Source of the DNA: Wenzhouxiangellaceae bacterium
Lineage (GTDB): Bacteria > Pseudomonadota > Gammaproteobacteria > Xanthomonadales > Wenzhouxiangellaceae
NCBI GenBank assembly: GCA_018334995.1
Contig: JAGXKW010000003.1
Span: 35,996-99,995, forward strand
DNA length: 64,000 bases
Direction: 5' to 3'
This document shows positions 47,835-57,248 of the stretch, piece after piece. The position numbers and the translations under genes were made by a program. Below the pieces are notes generated by a model, which did no database searches, was not told the origin of the DNA, and was given only the letters and a program-made list of their open reading frames with translations. Each line of letters starts with the position of its first letter. The stretch's first letter is position 1.

Positions 47835-48356
47835 TCAGACGCTTTCCAGCGCGTGGATCACCGCCTTGCAGAAGGCCGGGAGGTCCGGCGGCATCCGGCT
47901 GCTGATCAGGTTGCCGTCGACGACGACTTCCTCGTCGACCCAGTTGCCGCCCGCGTTGACCATGTCGTCGCGGATCGATGCGAACGAGGTCACGCGCCGG
48001 TCGCGAATGATGTCGGCCGAAACCGCCATCCATCCCGCGTGGCAGATCCATGCGACCGGCTTGTCCTGGGCGTGCATGTCGCCGACGAATTCGACCATGG
48101 CCCGGTTGCGCCGCATCCTGTCCGGCGCCATGCCGCCGGGAATGACGACCGCATCGAAATCGTTGGCATGGACGTCGGCCACGTCGGCGTCGACGTCGAC
48201 CATGTAGCCCTTCTCGCTGGCGTACCGGTCCTTGCCGGTGCCGAGCACGCTGACGCTGGCGCCGGCTTCGGTCAAGCGCAGGCGCGGATAGTGCAGTTCC
48301 AGTTCCTGGTAACCGTCTTCGGCCAGGATCGCGATCTTCCTGTCGGTCATTGGCAT
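47835..48356 (-). CDS. DJ-1/PfpI family protein (type 1 glutamine amidotransferase-like)
   Basis: Start moved to ATG 48356 (GAGG 7 nt upstream). KIAILAEDGYQELE...DAVVIPGG...PVAWICHAGW (nucleophile-elbow Cys-His). Confidence 0.88.
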   Translation of the reverse strand: MPMTDRKIAILAEDGYQELELHYPRLRLTEAGASVSVLGTGKDRYASEKGYMVDVDADVADVHANDFDAVVIPGGMAPDRMRRNRAMVEFVGDMHAQDKPVAWICHAGWMAVSADIIRDRRVTSFASIRDDMVNAGGNWVDEEVVVDGNLISSRMPPDLPAFCKAVIHALESV

Positions 48357-48489
48357 GATGGCACCTCGGCTCGGGTTGGCCCCCATTATTGCAGAAGCGG
48401 CTTGCCGGTTTCACGCATGCCCGGCGCGCCGATCGAACGGAACACGCGGGTCCGGACCATGGCGCGCGCGACCGCCGCCCGACCCGTCG

Positions 48490-48987
48490 TCAGGCAAGAC
48501 GGTAGCGGTGAATCAGGCGTTCGTCCTTGCGCGGCCCGGTCACGCGCCAGACCATGTCGAAGCCGTCTCCGGCAAGCTTCAGCGTCGCTTGGTAACGGTC
48601 CGCGCCGCAGCGGTGCGGCTCGATGCCGACCAGGCCGGCCTCGGCCGGTCCGATGCGCTGCGGGCGCAGTTCCACGAGCCGCGTCCCGGCCGCCGGGCCG
48701 TGTCGGCGGTGCGCGAGCACGATCCGGTCGCGTTCTACCGTCCAGCGCAGCAGGTTGCGGAACGCGAGCGCCGCGCGGCCGTCTTCGGCCTCGAAGCGTC
48801 CGTTTTCCTCGAAATCGATGGCGCCGTCGGCGGCGTGCGTCACCCGGACCCGCCCGCGGCCCCGGCCGGCCCAGCCGCTGGCGGACGCCGAACACGCTTC
48901 GATCGACAGCAAACCGATCCGGGCCAGGCGTTCGGCTACCGCTAGAATGGCCGCTTTCGCATCCACGATCCCGTCCGAGTCCACCAT
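48490..48987 (-). CDS. hypothetical protein (DUF6314-like by motif recollection)
   Basis: C-terminal pattern HRCGADRYQATLKLAGDGFDMVWRVTGPRKDERLIHRY. Start uncertain (ATG 48987 or 49002; the track ORF starts at 49068). ATG 48987 would share the CATG with the divergent DMT gene. Confidence 0.5.
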   Translation of the reverse strand: MVDSDGIVDAKAAILAVAERLARIGLLSIEACSASASGWAGRGRGRVRVTHAADGAIDFEENGRFEAEDGRAALAFRNLLRWTVERDRIVLAHRRHGPAAGTRLVELRPQRIGPAEAGLVGIEPHRCGADRYQATLKLAGDGFDMVWRVTGPRKDERLIHRYRLA

Positions 48988-49846
48988 GCCGTTGCTGATC
49001 ATCGTCACCGTCCTGTGGGCGTTCTCATTTTCGCTGATCGGCGAATTTCTTTCCGGCCGGGTCGACAACTACTTTGCCGTGCTGACCCGGATCGCGCTGG
49101 CGGCACTGCTGTTTCTGCCGTTCCTGGCCCGGCGCGGACTGCCGGGGCGGCAACGCCTGGCCTTGATGGGACTGGGCGCGGTTCAGCTCGGCTTGATGTA
49201 CATATTCTTCTACCGCTCGTTCCTGTTGCTGAGCGTGCCCGAGGTGCTGCTGTTCACGATTTTCACCCCGGTCTACGTTGCGCTGCTCGATGACCTGGTC
49301 GAACGCAGGCTGTCGCCGGCCCACCTGGTCGCGGCCGGCCTTGCCGTGGCGGGGGCGGCCGTCATTCGCTTTCAGCCGCCCAGCGAATTCTGGCTGGGCT
49401 TCATGGTCGTGCAGGGCGCCAACCTCTGTTTTGCGGCCGGACAGGTCGGCTATCGGCACCTCGGTCCGCACCTGCCGTCCGGGCTGCCGGCCCGTTCGAC
49501 GTTCGGCTGGTTCTACCTGGGCGCGCTGGCGGTTGCCGCGGTCGCGTTCGCGCTTTTCGGCGATCCGCAAGCGCTTCCGACCACGCCGGTGCAGTGGAGC
49601 GTGCTGGCCTGGCTGGGCCTGGTCGCCTCGGGACTGGGTTATTTCCTGTGGAACCTGGGCGCGACCCGGGTCGACGCCGGCACGCTGGCGGTCATGAACA
49701 ACGCGCTGATCCCGGCCGGGCTGGTCGTCAACGTCGTGATCTGGAACCGCGACGCCGACCTGACGCGGCTGGCGCTGGGCGGCGCGATCCTGCTGCTGGC
49801 GCTGGTCGTCGGTCTGCGTTTCGGTGGCGGCGCCAGGCGCGCCTGA
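48986..49846 (+). CDS. DMT superfamily (EamA-like) transporter
   Basis: Start moved to ATG 48986: MPLLIIVTVLWAFSFSLIGEFL... Ten hydrophobic helices in two EamA-like halves. 286 aa. Confidence 0.85.
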   Translation: MPLLIIVTVLWAFSFSLIGEFLSGRVDNYFAVLTRIALAALLFLPFLARRGLPGRQRLALMGLGAVQLGLMYIFFYRSFLLLSVPEVLLFTIFTPVYVALLDDLVERRLSPAHLVAAGLAVAGAAVIRFQPPSEFWLGFMVVQGANLCFAAGQVGYRHLGPHLPSGLPARSTFGWFYLGALAVAAVAFALFGDPQALPTTPVQWSVLAWLGLVASGLGYFLWNLGATRVDAGTLAVMNNALIPAGLVVNVVIWNRDADLTRLALGGAILLLALVVGLRFGGGARRA

Positions 49847-49872
49847 GTCGCCGGCGGCATTCGGCCGCAAAG

Positions 49873-50721
49873 TCAGTTCCCGCACTCGACCTGCACGATC
49901 GAGCGCTCGCCGCCATCGACGACCAGCGCCGTGAGCGCGCCGCCCCAGACGCAGCCAGAATCCAGGCAGATGGCCCGGGCGTTGTCGTGGTCGCCGGCCT
50001 TGTGTTCAAAATGCCCGAGCATCGACCAGTGGCCGAACACCGCCGTCCAGTCGCGCCAGGACTCGTGCAGCAGTTCGAACCACGGTCGGTAGCCCTTCGG
50101 CGGCTTGTTCATGTCGCCCGATGACTTGAACTCCAGTCGCCCGTCGGCCGTTGCGAAGCGCATCCGGGTCAGCACGTTGGTGGTCGTGCGCAGACGCACG
50201 AAACGCTTCTGTCCGGGCGCCCAGTGGTCGGGTGCGTTGCCGTACATGTTGTCGATGAACTTGCCGAATTTCTTGCCGCGCAGGGCCTGCTCGACCTCGG
50301 CGGCGCACTTGCGCGCCCGCGCCGGGTCCCAGCGCGGGTCGATGCCGGCATGGACCAGGGCGATCCGGTCGGCTTCGTTCAGCCACAGCAGCGGCTGCTC
50401 TCGAAGCCACTGAAGGATGCGCGCGCCGTCGGCGTGGTCGAGCACCCGCTCGAATTCCGGGTTGGTCTTGCGCACGTTCGGGTGCCTGTGCGCGTAGGCC
50501 AGCAGGTGCAGGTCGTGGTTGCCGAGCACGCTGAAGTGCGGCGCGCCCAGGTCGATCATCCTGCGCAGCACCTTCAGCGACTTGCCGCCGCGGTTGACCA
50601 GGTCGCCGGCCATGCACAGCCGGTCGGCGGCCGGATCGAAGTCGAGCTTGTCCAGCAGCCGCGCGAACGGCTTCCAGCAGCCCTGCAGATCGCCGATGTA
50701 TATATCGCGCCGCCGGCTCAC
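49873..50721 (-). CDS. apaH: bis(5'-nucleosyl)-tetraphosphatase, symmetrical
   Basis: IYIGDLQGC, GDLVNRG, GNHDLHLL metallophosphatase motifs matching ApaH. ATG overlaps the rsmA stop. Confidence 0.93.
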   Translation of the reverse strand: MSRRRDIYIGDLQGCWKPFARLLDKLDFDPAADRLCMAGDLVNRGGKSLKVLRRMIDLGAPHFSVLGNHDLHLLAYAHRHPNVRKTNPEFERVLDHADGARILQWLREQPLLWLNEADRIALVHAGIDPRWDPARARKCAAEVEQALRGKKFGKFIDNMYGNAPDHWAPGQKRFVRLRTTTNVLTRMRFATADGRLEFKSSGDMNKPPKGYRPWFELLHESWRDWTAVFGHWSMLGHFEHKAGDHDNARAICLDSGCVWGGALTALVVDGGERSIVQVECGN

Positions 50722-51509
50722 GCGGACCGCTCCCGGTCATGCACGCGCTGGGCCATGGCTTCGAATTCTTCCATCGTCACCGTCTCGGCGCGCCGGCCCG
50801 GGTCCACGTCCAGCCGCTCGAGGTCGCGCGCGTCCAGCACGCCCTCGAGTGTGTTCCTGAGGGTCTTGCGGCGCTGGCCGAAAGCCTTGCGCACGACTTT
50901 CTCCAGCGCCGGCAGCAGCGCGCGCTGCGTATCCGAAAGCGTCCTGGGCACGATGCGCACCACGGCCGACTCGACTCTCGGGGGCGGATGAAATGCGCCG
51001 GGCGGCACCCCGAAGAGCATGTCGGCGTCGGCGCGCGCCTGCGTCATGACGCCGAGCCGTCCCCAGGCCTTGCTGCCCGGACGGGCGGTGATGCGGTCGA
51101 CCACTTCCTTTTGCAGCATGAAGTGCATGTCGGAAATCGTTTCCGATTGCTCGAGCAGATGAAACAGCAGCGGGGTCGAAATGTTGTAGGGCAGGTTACC
51201 GATCACGCGCAGCGTTATGGTGCCGGCCAGCGCACGATAATCGAAGGTCAGGGCGTCGGCCTGGTGAATGACGAGGTTTTCCGGATGACCCAGTCGGGCC
51301 GGGAGCGCAGCGACCAGGTCGCGGTCGAGTTCGACGACGTCCAGCCGATCCACGCGCTCGAGCAGCGGCCCGGTCAGCGCCCCCAGGCCCGGGCCGATCT
51401 CGACGATCCGGTCGCCGCGCGCCGGCGCAATCGAGCCCACGATCCGGCGGATCACCGATTCGCTGTGCAGGAAGTTCTGGCCGAAGCGTTTGCGCGGACG
51501 GTGGGACAT
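50718..51509 (-). CDS. rsmA: 16S rRNA (adenine1518-N6/adenine1519-N6)-dimethyltransferase
   Basis: MSHRPRKRFGQNFLHSESVIRRIV...VEIGPGLGALT...NLPYNISTP. KsgA family. Confidence 0.95.
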   Translation of the reverse strand: MSHRPRKRFGQNFLHSESVIRRIVGSIAPARGDRIVEIGPGLGALTGPLLERVDRLDVVELDRDLVAALPARLGHPENLVIHQADALTFDYRALAGTITLRVIGNLPYNISTPLLFHLLEQSETISDMHFMLQKEVVDRITARPGSKAWGRLGVMTQARADADMLFGVPPGAFHPPPRVESAVVRIVPRTLSDTQRALLPALEKVVRKAFGQRRKTLRNTLEGVLDARDLERLDVDPGRRAETVTMEEFEAMAQRVHDRERSA

Positions 51510-51584
51510 TCGCTACCGGGTCATGGAAACGGAAAAGGGTAGCCTAAATCGCGGCGCGAAGGCACCGGCCCGCGCAGGAACTGC

Positions 51585-51632
51585 TTCGCTGGTTGGCCGG
51601 TTCGCTGGATCGCTGGTTCACTGGTTCGTTGC
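51585..51632. repeat. three imperfect 16-bp tandem units (TTCGCTGGTTGGCCGG / TTCGCTGGATCGCTGG / TTCACTGGTTCGTTGC)
   Basis: Read directly in the pdxA-rsmA spacer. The third unit contains the pdxA stop codon (51618-51620, minus strand). Confidence 0.75.
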
Positions 51633-52628
51633 GATCCGGAAACCCTGCTCGCCGCCCTTTTCCGTCATCTGCCGCGCAAGGTCGATCGCGGCCTGCAGGC
51701 TGCCCGCATCGGCCTTTCCCGTTCCGGCCAGGTCCAGCGCGGTGCCGTGGTCGACCGAGGTGCGGATGAAGGGCAGGCCGAGCGTCACGTTGACGGCGTG
51801 GCCGAAGCCGGCGTACTTGAGCACCGGCAGCCCCTGGTCGTGGTACATGGCCAGCACCGCGTCGAAGCGTCGCAGGTGACGCGGGACGAAGGCGGTATCG
51901 GCCGGCAGCGGGCCTTCCAGCCGCATGCCTTCGTCGTTCAATTCTGCGATCACCGGCGCGATGACGTCGATTTCCTCGCGGCCCAGGTGGCCGCCTTCGC
52001 CGGCGTGCGGGTTCAGTCCCAGCACGGCGATGCGCGGTCGGGCGATGTCGAAGCGTTCGCACAGGTCATGCTGGACGATCCGCAGCGTTTCGCGGAGGTT
52101 GCCGCGGTCGATGGCGTCCGGCACCTCGCGCAGCGGCAGGTGCGTGGTCGCCAGCGCAACGCGAAGCGTATCGGCGACCAGCATCATGACCACGCGCTCG
52201 ACCCCGGCCAGCGCCGCCAGGAACTCGGTATGGCCGGAAAACGCGATTCCGGCGTCGTTGATCACGCCCTTGTGGACCGGGCCGGTCACCAGGCCGTCGG
52301 CATCGCCGTCGATCACCGGGCCGGCGGCCTGCCGCAGCGTTTCGAGCACGTATTCCGCGTTGTCCGGATTCAGCGTGCCCGGCGTGTTCGGCGCGTTCAG
52401 CGGCACCGGCAGGCATTGCAGAACGTCGGTGCCGGTCGGCCCGGATGCCCGCCCGGGCTGCCATTCCCGAATGCTGACGGTCGTGCCCGATCGGCGCGCA
52501 GCCTGCTCGAGCAGCCCGGGATCGGCGGCCACGACCAGATCGGACTGGCCGACGGCCGTCGCCACGGCCAGTTCCGGACCGATCCCGGCCGGCTCGCCCG
52601 GCGTGATCAGCAGCGGCGAATCAGTCAT
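51618..52628 (-). CDS. pdxA: 4-hydroxythreonine-4-phosphate dehydrogenase
   Basis: LLITPGEPAGIGPEL...GHTEFLA...LNPHAGEGG...HGTALDLAG blocks. 336 aa. surA-pdxA-rsmA synteny. Confidence 0.95.
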   Translation of the reverse strand: MTDSPLLITPGEPAGIGPELAVATAVGQSDLVVAADPGLLEQAARRSGTTVSIREWQPGRASGPTGTDVLQCLPVPLNAPNTPGTLNPDNAEYVLETLRQAAGPVIDGDADGLVTGPVHKGVINDAGIAFSGHTEFLAALAGVERVVMMLVADTLRVALATTHLPLREVPDAIDRGNLRETLRIVQHDLCERFDIARPRIAVLGLNPHAGEGGHLGREEIDVIAPVIAELNDEGMRLEGPLPADTAFVPRHLRRFDAVLAMYHDQGLPVLKYAGFGHAVNVTLGLPFIRTSVDHGTALDLAGTGKADAGSLQAAIDLARQMTEKGGEQGFRIATNQ

Positions 52629-52647
52629 TCGGGGTTTCCGACGTTTC

Positions 52648-53934
52648 CTAGAGCAGGATCTCGACGTAGGCTTCGCTGCGCATCTGGCGCAATACCCGGT
52701 CGATCTCCTCTTCCGAGCGTTGCTGCACGATCAGTTCGCGCGCCTCGGCGCGCAGCGCTTCCTCGGTGACGTCGGATTGGCGTTCGCCCTCGAGCTGGAT
52801 CAGGTGCCATCCTTCCCGCGTCTGGAACGGCTGGCTGACCTCGCCGGGATCGAGGCTGTCGCATACCGCCTGGATGGTCTGGCCGTAGGCGCTTTCCGGA
52901 AACCAGTCCATCAGGCCGCCGAGGTTCGCGGTCCGCTCGTCATCGGAAAATTCGCGCGCGAGTTCCGCGAAGTCGGCGCCTTCCTCGAGCTGCGAGTGCA
53001 GGTCCTCGACCAGGTTCTGCGCATCTTCCGGCGAAACCAGCTCGGAAGGCTGGATCATGATGTGCCGGGCCCGGAATTCATCGACGATGACCTCGCCGCG
53101 CGGCCGTCGATCGTTGACCCGGACCAGCACCACGCTGCCGTTGCCCAGGATGGGTTCGGAGATTTCGCCGGCTTCGAGATTGCGTACCTGGTCGGCGATC
53201 TGGCGCGGCATGGTGTTGAGATTGCGCCAGCCGACCTCTCCGCCTTCCAGGGCGTCGGGGGCATCCGAGAAGTTCACCGCGGCTTCGGCGAAGTCCATGC
53301 CGTCGAGGATCCGCTGGCGAATCTCGACGATGCGCTCGCGCGCCGCCCGGATATCGGACGGCGAGGCCGAAGGCGAAAGCTGGAGGGCAATCTGCGAGAG
53401 GTTGTACTCGTCGTTGCCGAAGGCCTCGGAATCGAGCAGCATGTCCACTTCGGTATCGGTGACCTCGTCCATGCTCTCGACGATGCGCTGGGTCAGCTTG
53501 GAAGTCAGCAGCTGGTGCCGCACGTCCTGGCGGAACTCGTTGAAATCCAGTCCGTCCGATTCCACCGCTCGGCGCAGCTCGATCAGCGAAAGGCCGTTCT
53601 GTCGCGCCACGTCGGAAAGCGAGCGATCGACTTCCTGGTCGGTTACCCGCACGCCGGTCTGCTCGGCGCGCTGGACCTGGACCTGGTTCATGATCAGGCG
53701 CTCCAGTACCTGCTCCTGTAGCACCTGCGGCGGCGGCCGGCGCTCGCCGCGCGACTGGATCTGGTTCAGCACGTTCTGCATGCTGGATTCCATTTCCGAA
53801 CGCAGGATGACGCCTTCGTCGACGATCGCGACGATTTCGTCCATTTTCTGGTAGCCCTGTGCGTTGGCCAGCAACGGCACCAGCAGTGCCAGCAGTGCCG
53901 CGGCGAGACGGGTCGTGAATGCGTGCATATCCAA
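52648..53934 (-). CDS. surA: periplasmic chaperone / peptidyl-prolyl isomerase SurA
   Basis: Signal peptide AAALLALLVPLLANAQG. SurA_N region followed by two parvulin-like domains (FRARHIMI...; GWHLIQLEGERQ). Confidence 0.93.
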   Translation of the reverse strand: MDMHAFTTRLAAALLALLVPLLANAQGYQKMDEIVAIVDEGVILRSEMESSMQNVLNQIQSRGERRPPPQVLQEQVLERLIMNQVQVQRAEQTGVRVTDQEVDRSLSDVARQNGLSLIELRRAVESDGLDFNEFRQDVRHQLLTSKLTQRIVESMDEVTDTEVDMLLDSEAFGNDEYNLSQIALQLSPSASPSDIRAARERIVEIRQRILDGMDFAEAAVNFSDAPDALEGGEVGWRNLNTMPRQIADQVRNLEAGEISEPILGNGSVVLVRVNDRRPRGEVIVDEFRARHIMIQPSELVSPEDAQNLVEDLHSQLEEGADFAELAREFSDDERTANLGGLMDWFPESAYGQTIQAVCDSLDPGEVSQPFQTREGWHLIQLEGERQSDVTEEALRAEARELIVQQRSEEEIDRVLRQMRSEAYVEILL

Positions 53935-53949
53935 TCGTTGCTCCTGGAC

Positions 53950-56178
53950 TTATCGAGTAAACAGGTTATAAGGCCGCTGGCCGAGACTGCCAAGGCCCTT
54001 GAGGTGCAGCTCGACGAAAAACGCGGTGCGCTTTTCCGATTCGCGGTCCCGGATGTAGCGCCTGAGCGAGGCGCGGATCGCCCAGCAGCAGCTTTCGTAT
54101 TCGATCCCGCCGAGCAGCTCCAGGGCGGTCGAATCCCGGAACGAAAAATCGACCCGGCTGATCAGGTTCAGCTTGTTGGTGACAGGATAACGCCCGCGAA
54201 TGTCGATCTGGTCGACGCTGCGGCGGCGGAATCTGTAGCCGACCTGTACCTGCCTGGCATCCTGGCCTTGCCATCTGAGACCGAAGGATGCGACATCAGT
54301 TTCATCGTCTTCGGGATCCCACTGCAGGCCGGCGTTGACCAGGAAGCGGTCCGTCGGCCGCCAGTTGATCGCGGCGACCGACGCCGAAACCGAACGGTCT
54401 TCGGCCGGTTCGTCGGGCAGGCCGACGCTGGGATCGTCCAGGAACACGATCTGGCCGACGCTGGCGTCGACGATGCTGCGGCCGTTGTCGTCGTCCAGCA
54501 GGCGGCTGGTCAGCGCCAGCGTGACCTGGTTGGCGTCGGTCTGGCGATCGGCGCCGGAGAAGCGGTTGGTCTGGAACAGCTGGGCGAAGCTGAAGGTCAG
54601 TTCGCGGGTGTCGAATACGGGCAGGTCGTCCTGTTCGCGTCCCGGCACGTAGAGGTAGAACAGTCTGGGCTCCAGGGTCTGCAGCCGGCCCGAATCGGTA
54701 CGGCGTTCGAACACCAGGCCGCTGTCCATACTGACCACCGGCTGGACCCGGCTCGGATTGTCGTCGCCGGTTTCGGAATCGTTCAGGCTGTAGGCGGTCG
54801 TGCGCAGTCCGACGGCGGGCTCGAAGAACCAGCCCGGGCGCACCATGCGCAGCGCGAGTTCGGGCATCGCGTCCAGGCGCAGGCCGGTCACGCCCTCGCT
54901 GCGGTCGAAGTAGACCGCCTCGCTGTCCAGGCCCAGGCTCAAACCGGCCGGCAGCGGCCAGTCGCCGTCGAATTCCACCCGCGGCAGCCGATCGTAGGGT
55001 TCGCGCTCCGGGCGCACGTCCCGGTCGAGCACCTGGAAGGTATCGAAGGTCGTCTGCAGCTGCCAGAAGCGGCCGCGTCCGTTGATGCTGAAATCCGAGC
55101 GCAGGAACTGGATGGAGCTGGAATCCAGGTCATTGCCCAGGTCCAGGAAATAGTCCTCGTCGCTGACGCGGTTGAAATTCACCTGCGTGGTCCAGCGCGG
55201 CGCCAGGCGCGCCTGGTAGCGAATCCGCCCCAGCCACCGATCGCGATTGTCATGACCCTCCTGGCTGTCGTCGTCGGGCAGGTAGTCGAAGTTGAAGGTA
55301 CCGCGCTGGCGGCGGGTCAGGAAGCGGTATTCGGAGCCGAGCATGAAGCCCCGTTCGCCGATCAGCCGGGGGGAGAACGTCGCATCCTGGTTGGGCGCGA
55401 TGTTCCAGTAATAAGGCACCGACAGGTCGAGGCCATTGTCGTTGCTCGAGCCGATCTGCGGATACAGGAAGCCGGACTTGCGTTGGTCGTTGAGCGGAAA
55501 GCTCAGCCAGGGCGAGTACAGGATGGGCACGCCCTTGAATTCCAGCCTGGCGTTGCGCGCCGTACCCACCCCCCGGTCGAAGTCGAGCTCGACGTCGCCG
55601 GCCTTGAGCTGCCAGTCCGGGTCTTCGACGTCGCAGGTGGTGAAATCGAAGCGCTGCACGCGGGCGTGGGTTTCGTCGGTCATCCGGACCAGGCCGGCAT
55701 TGCCGGCGCCCGCGGCGCCGGCGATGTAATAGCGCACCTGCTCGAACTGCCCGGTCGAATCCTCGGTGTTGTACTGTGCGCTCGATGCGCGCATCCGCAC
55801 CAGCGCGTCGGAGTATTCCAGCCAGCCGGGGACGACGACCTCGCCGGTTTCCGGGTCGTAGATCAATTCGTCGGTGACCAGGTTCTGGTCGCCGTAGCTG
55901 AGCTTGACGTCTTCGCTGAAGCGCATCGGTTCGCCGCCCGGGGCGCTCATGTCGTCGGCGCGAATGTCCATGGGCAGATTCGCCGAGCGCTCCAGTTGTC
56001 CGCGGTCCGGAATGGTGCCGGGCGGCTGGCATTGCCGGGCCGGCGGACGCGATTCACCGGCGGTCTGCTGGGCCGGTGCGGCAATCGGTGCGGCGAGCAG
56101 CGCGCATGCCAGCAGGAAGGACCGCGCCGTACGCCGGCCGGACCGGTGTGAGCGCAGGTAATACTCGGGATGAGTCAC
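53950..56178 (-). CDS. lptD: LPS-assembly outer-membrane protein LptD
   Basis: 742 aa with signal peptide LLACALLAAPIAAPAQQ, an OstA_N-like N-domain and a large barrel. Upstream of surA as in E. coli and Pseudomonas. Confidence 0.93.
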   Translation of the reverse strand: MTHPEYYLRSHRSGRRTARSFLLACALLAAPIAAPAQQTAGESRPPARQCQPPGTIPDRGQLERSANLPMDIRADDMSAPGGEPMRFSEDVKLSYGDQNLVTDELIYDPETGEVVVPGWLEYSDALVRMRASSAQYNTEDSTGQFEQVRYYIAGAAGAGNAGLVRMTDETHARVQRFDFTTCDVEDPDWQLKAGDVELDFDRGVGTARNARLEFKGVPILYSPWLSFPLNDQRKSGFLYPQIGSSNDNGLDLSVPYYWNIAPNQDATFSPRLIGERGFMLGSEYRFLTRRQRGTFNFDYLPDDDSQEGHDNRDRWLGRIRYQARLAPRWTTQVNFNRVSDEDYFLDLGNDLDSSSIQFLRSDFSINGRGRFWQLQTTFDTFQVLDRDVRPEREPYDRLPRVEFDGDWPLPAGLSLGLDSEAVYFDRSEGVTGLRLDAMPELALRMVRPGWFFEPAVGLRTTAYSLNDSETGDDNPSRVQPVVSMDSGLVFERRTDSGRLQTLEPRLFYLYVPGREQDDLPVFDTRELTFSFAQLFQTNRFSGADRQTDANQVTLALTSRLLDDDNGRSIVDASVGQIVFLDDPSVGLPDEPAEDRSVSASVAAINWRPTDRFLVNAGLQWDPEDDETDVASFGLRWQGQDARQVQVGYRFRRRSVDQIDIRGRYPVTNKLNLISRVDFSFRDSTALELLGGIEYESCCWAIRASLRRYIRDRESEKRTAFFVELHLKGLGSLGQRPYNLFTR

Positions 56179-57248
56179 GGGCAGCTATCGATCCGGCATC
56201 GGTTCAAAAACTCGGCGCGCGTTTTTTGACCGGCGGCCGCCAGTCGTTCCACGGCCTGGTGGAAGCGCTCGAAATCGCCATCACATTCTGCCAGAAGATC
56301 GGCGAACGCGTCGGTACCGGCCTCGTAGGTGGCCAGCAGCGCGAGGTGCGCATTGTTCAGGTCGCGCTGCATCCAGGCGTCGAAGCGATCGTCGCCGGCC
56401 TGCATGAATTCGGCGTAGCGTTGCCGCAGGCGCTCGAACACGGCGCGTTTTTCGGCGCGCATGCGTTCGGCCGGCAGGTCCCGGGCATACAGCGCGTCGA
56501 GCTCGCCGCGGGCCTCGAGCAGCAGGCCGGTGAAGTTTTCCTCCAGGCGACGCGATCGCGCCCGGTCCGCCAGCGTTTCCGGGCCCTGGCGGTGCAGCAG
56601 CCAGCGCTGCAGACCCTCGCGCTCCACGGCGGTGGCGTAGGCTTCGTTGAAGGCCGTCTCGCCCTTGACGAACACGCGCTGGTGGGCAAGCTCGTGGAAC
56701 AAGAGGCCGGCCAGCCGGGTTTCGCCGAACTCCAGCATCGGACTGGTTACCGGATCGTCGAAGCGCCCCAGCGTCGAATAGGCCGCGACCGGCGAGACCA
56801 GGGTGTCGTAGCCCGCGTCGGCCAGTTTCGCCGCCCGGCGTTCGGCGGCGCCGCGGTCGAAGTAGCCGCGGTAGGCCAGGCAGCCGACCAGCGGATAGCA
56901 CCAGGTCTTCGGCTGCACGCTGAATTCGGGTGCGGCGATGACGTTGTAGACCACCGCATCGCGGTCCAGGCTGACGAACCCGCTGTAGCTGCCGTTGTCG
57001 GGCAGGCCCAGTCGTTCGCCGGCGAACTCGCGCACGGCAAGCACCAGCTCGAGTTTTTCCCGTTTTCGTTCCGGGGTGTCGGGCGCGGCGATCAGTTTTT
57101 CAATATCCTTGCGCTTGAGCAGCAACTCCATCTGACCGCGCGCGGCCTGGCCGTACCAGCCCAGCGTTGCGCATCCGCCGGCGGCCAGCAGGCCGCAAAG
57201 GACCACCACGATGACCGATTGGTATACCGACGAGGATTTCTGGCGCAA
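56175..57248 (-). CDS. putative zinc aminopeptidase (DUF2265/PF10023-like), lipoprotein
   Basis: FHELAHQ zinc motif and YRGYFD, STLGRFDDP blocks. TTG 57248 gives a good lipoprotein signal MRQKSSSVYQSVIVVVLCGLLAAGGC. The alternative GTG 57209 lacks a charged n-region. The stop overlaps the lptD ATG (ATGA). Confidence 0.78.
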   Translation of the reverse strand: MRQKSSSVYQSVIVVVLCGLLAAGGCATLGWYGQAARGQMELLLKRKDIEKLIAAPDTPERKREKLELVLAVREFAGERLGLPDNGSYSGFVSLDRDAVVYNVIAAPEFSVQPKTWCYPLVGCLAYRGYFDRGAAERRAAKLADAGYDTLVSPVAAYSTLGRFDDPVTSPMLEFGETRLAGLLFHELAHQRVFVKGETAFNEAYATAVEREGLQRWLLHRQGPETLADRARSRRLEENFTGLLLEARGELDALYARDLPAERMRAEKRAVFERLRQRYAEFMQAGDDRFDAWMQRDLNNAHLALLATYEAGTDAFADLLAECDGDFERFHQAVERLAAAGQKTRAEFLNRCRIDSCP

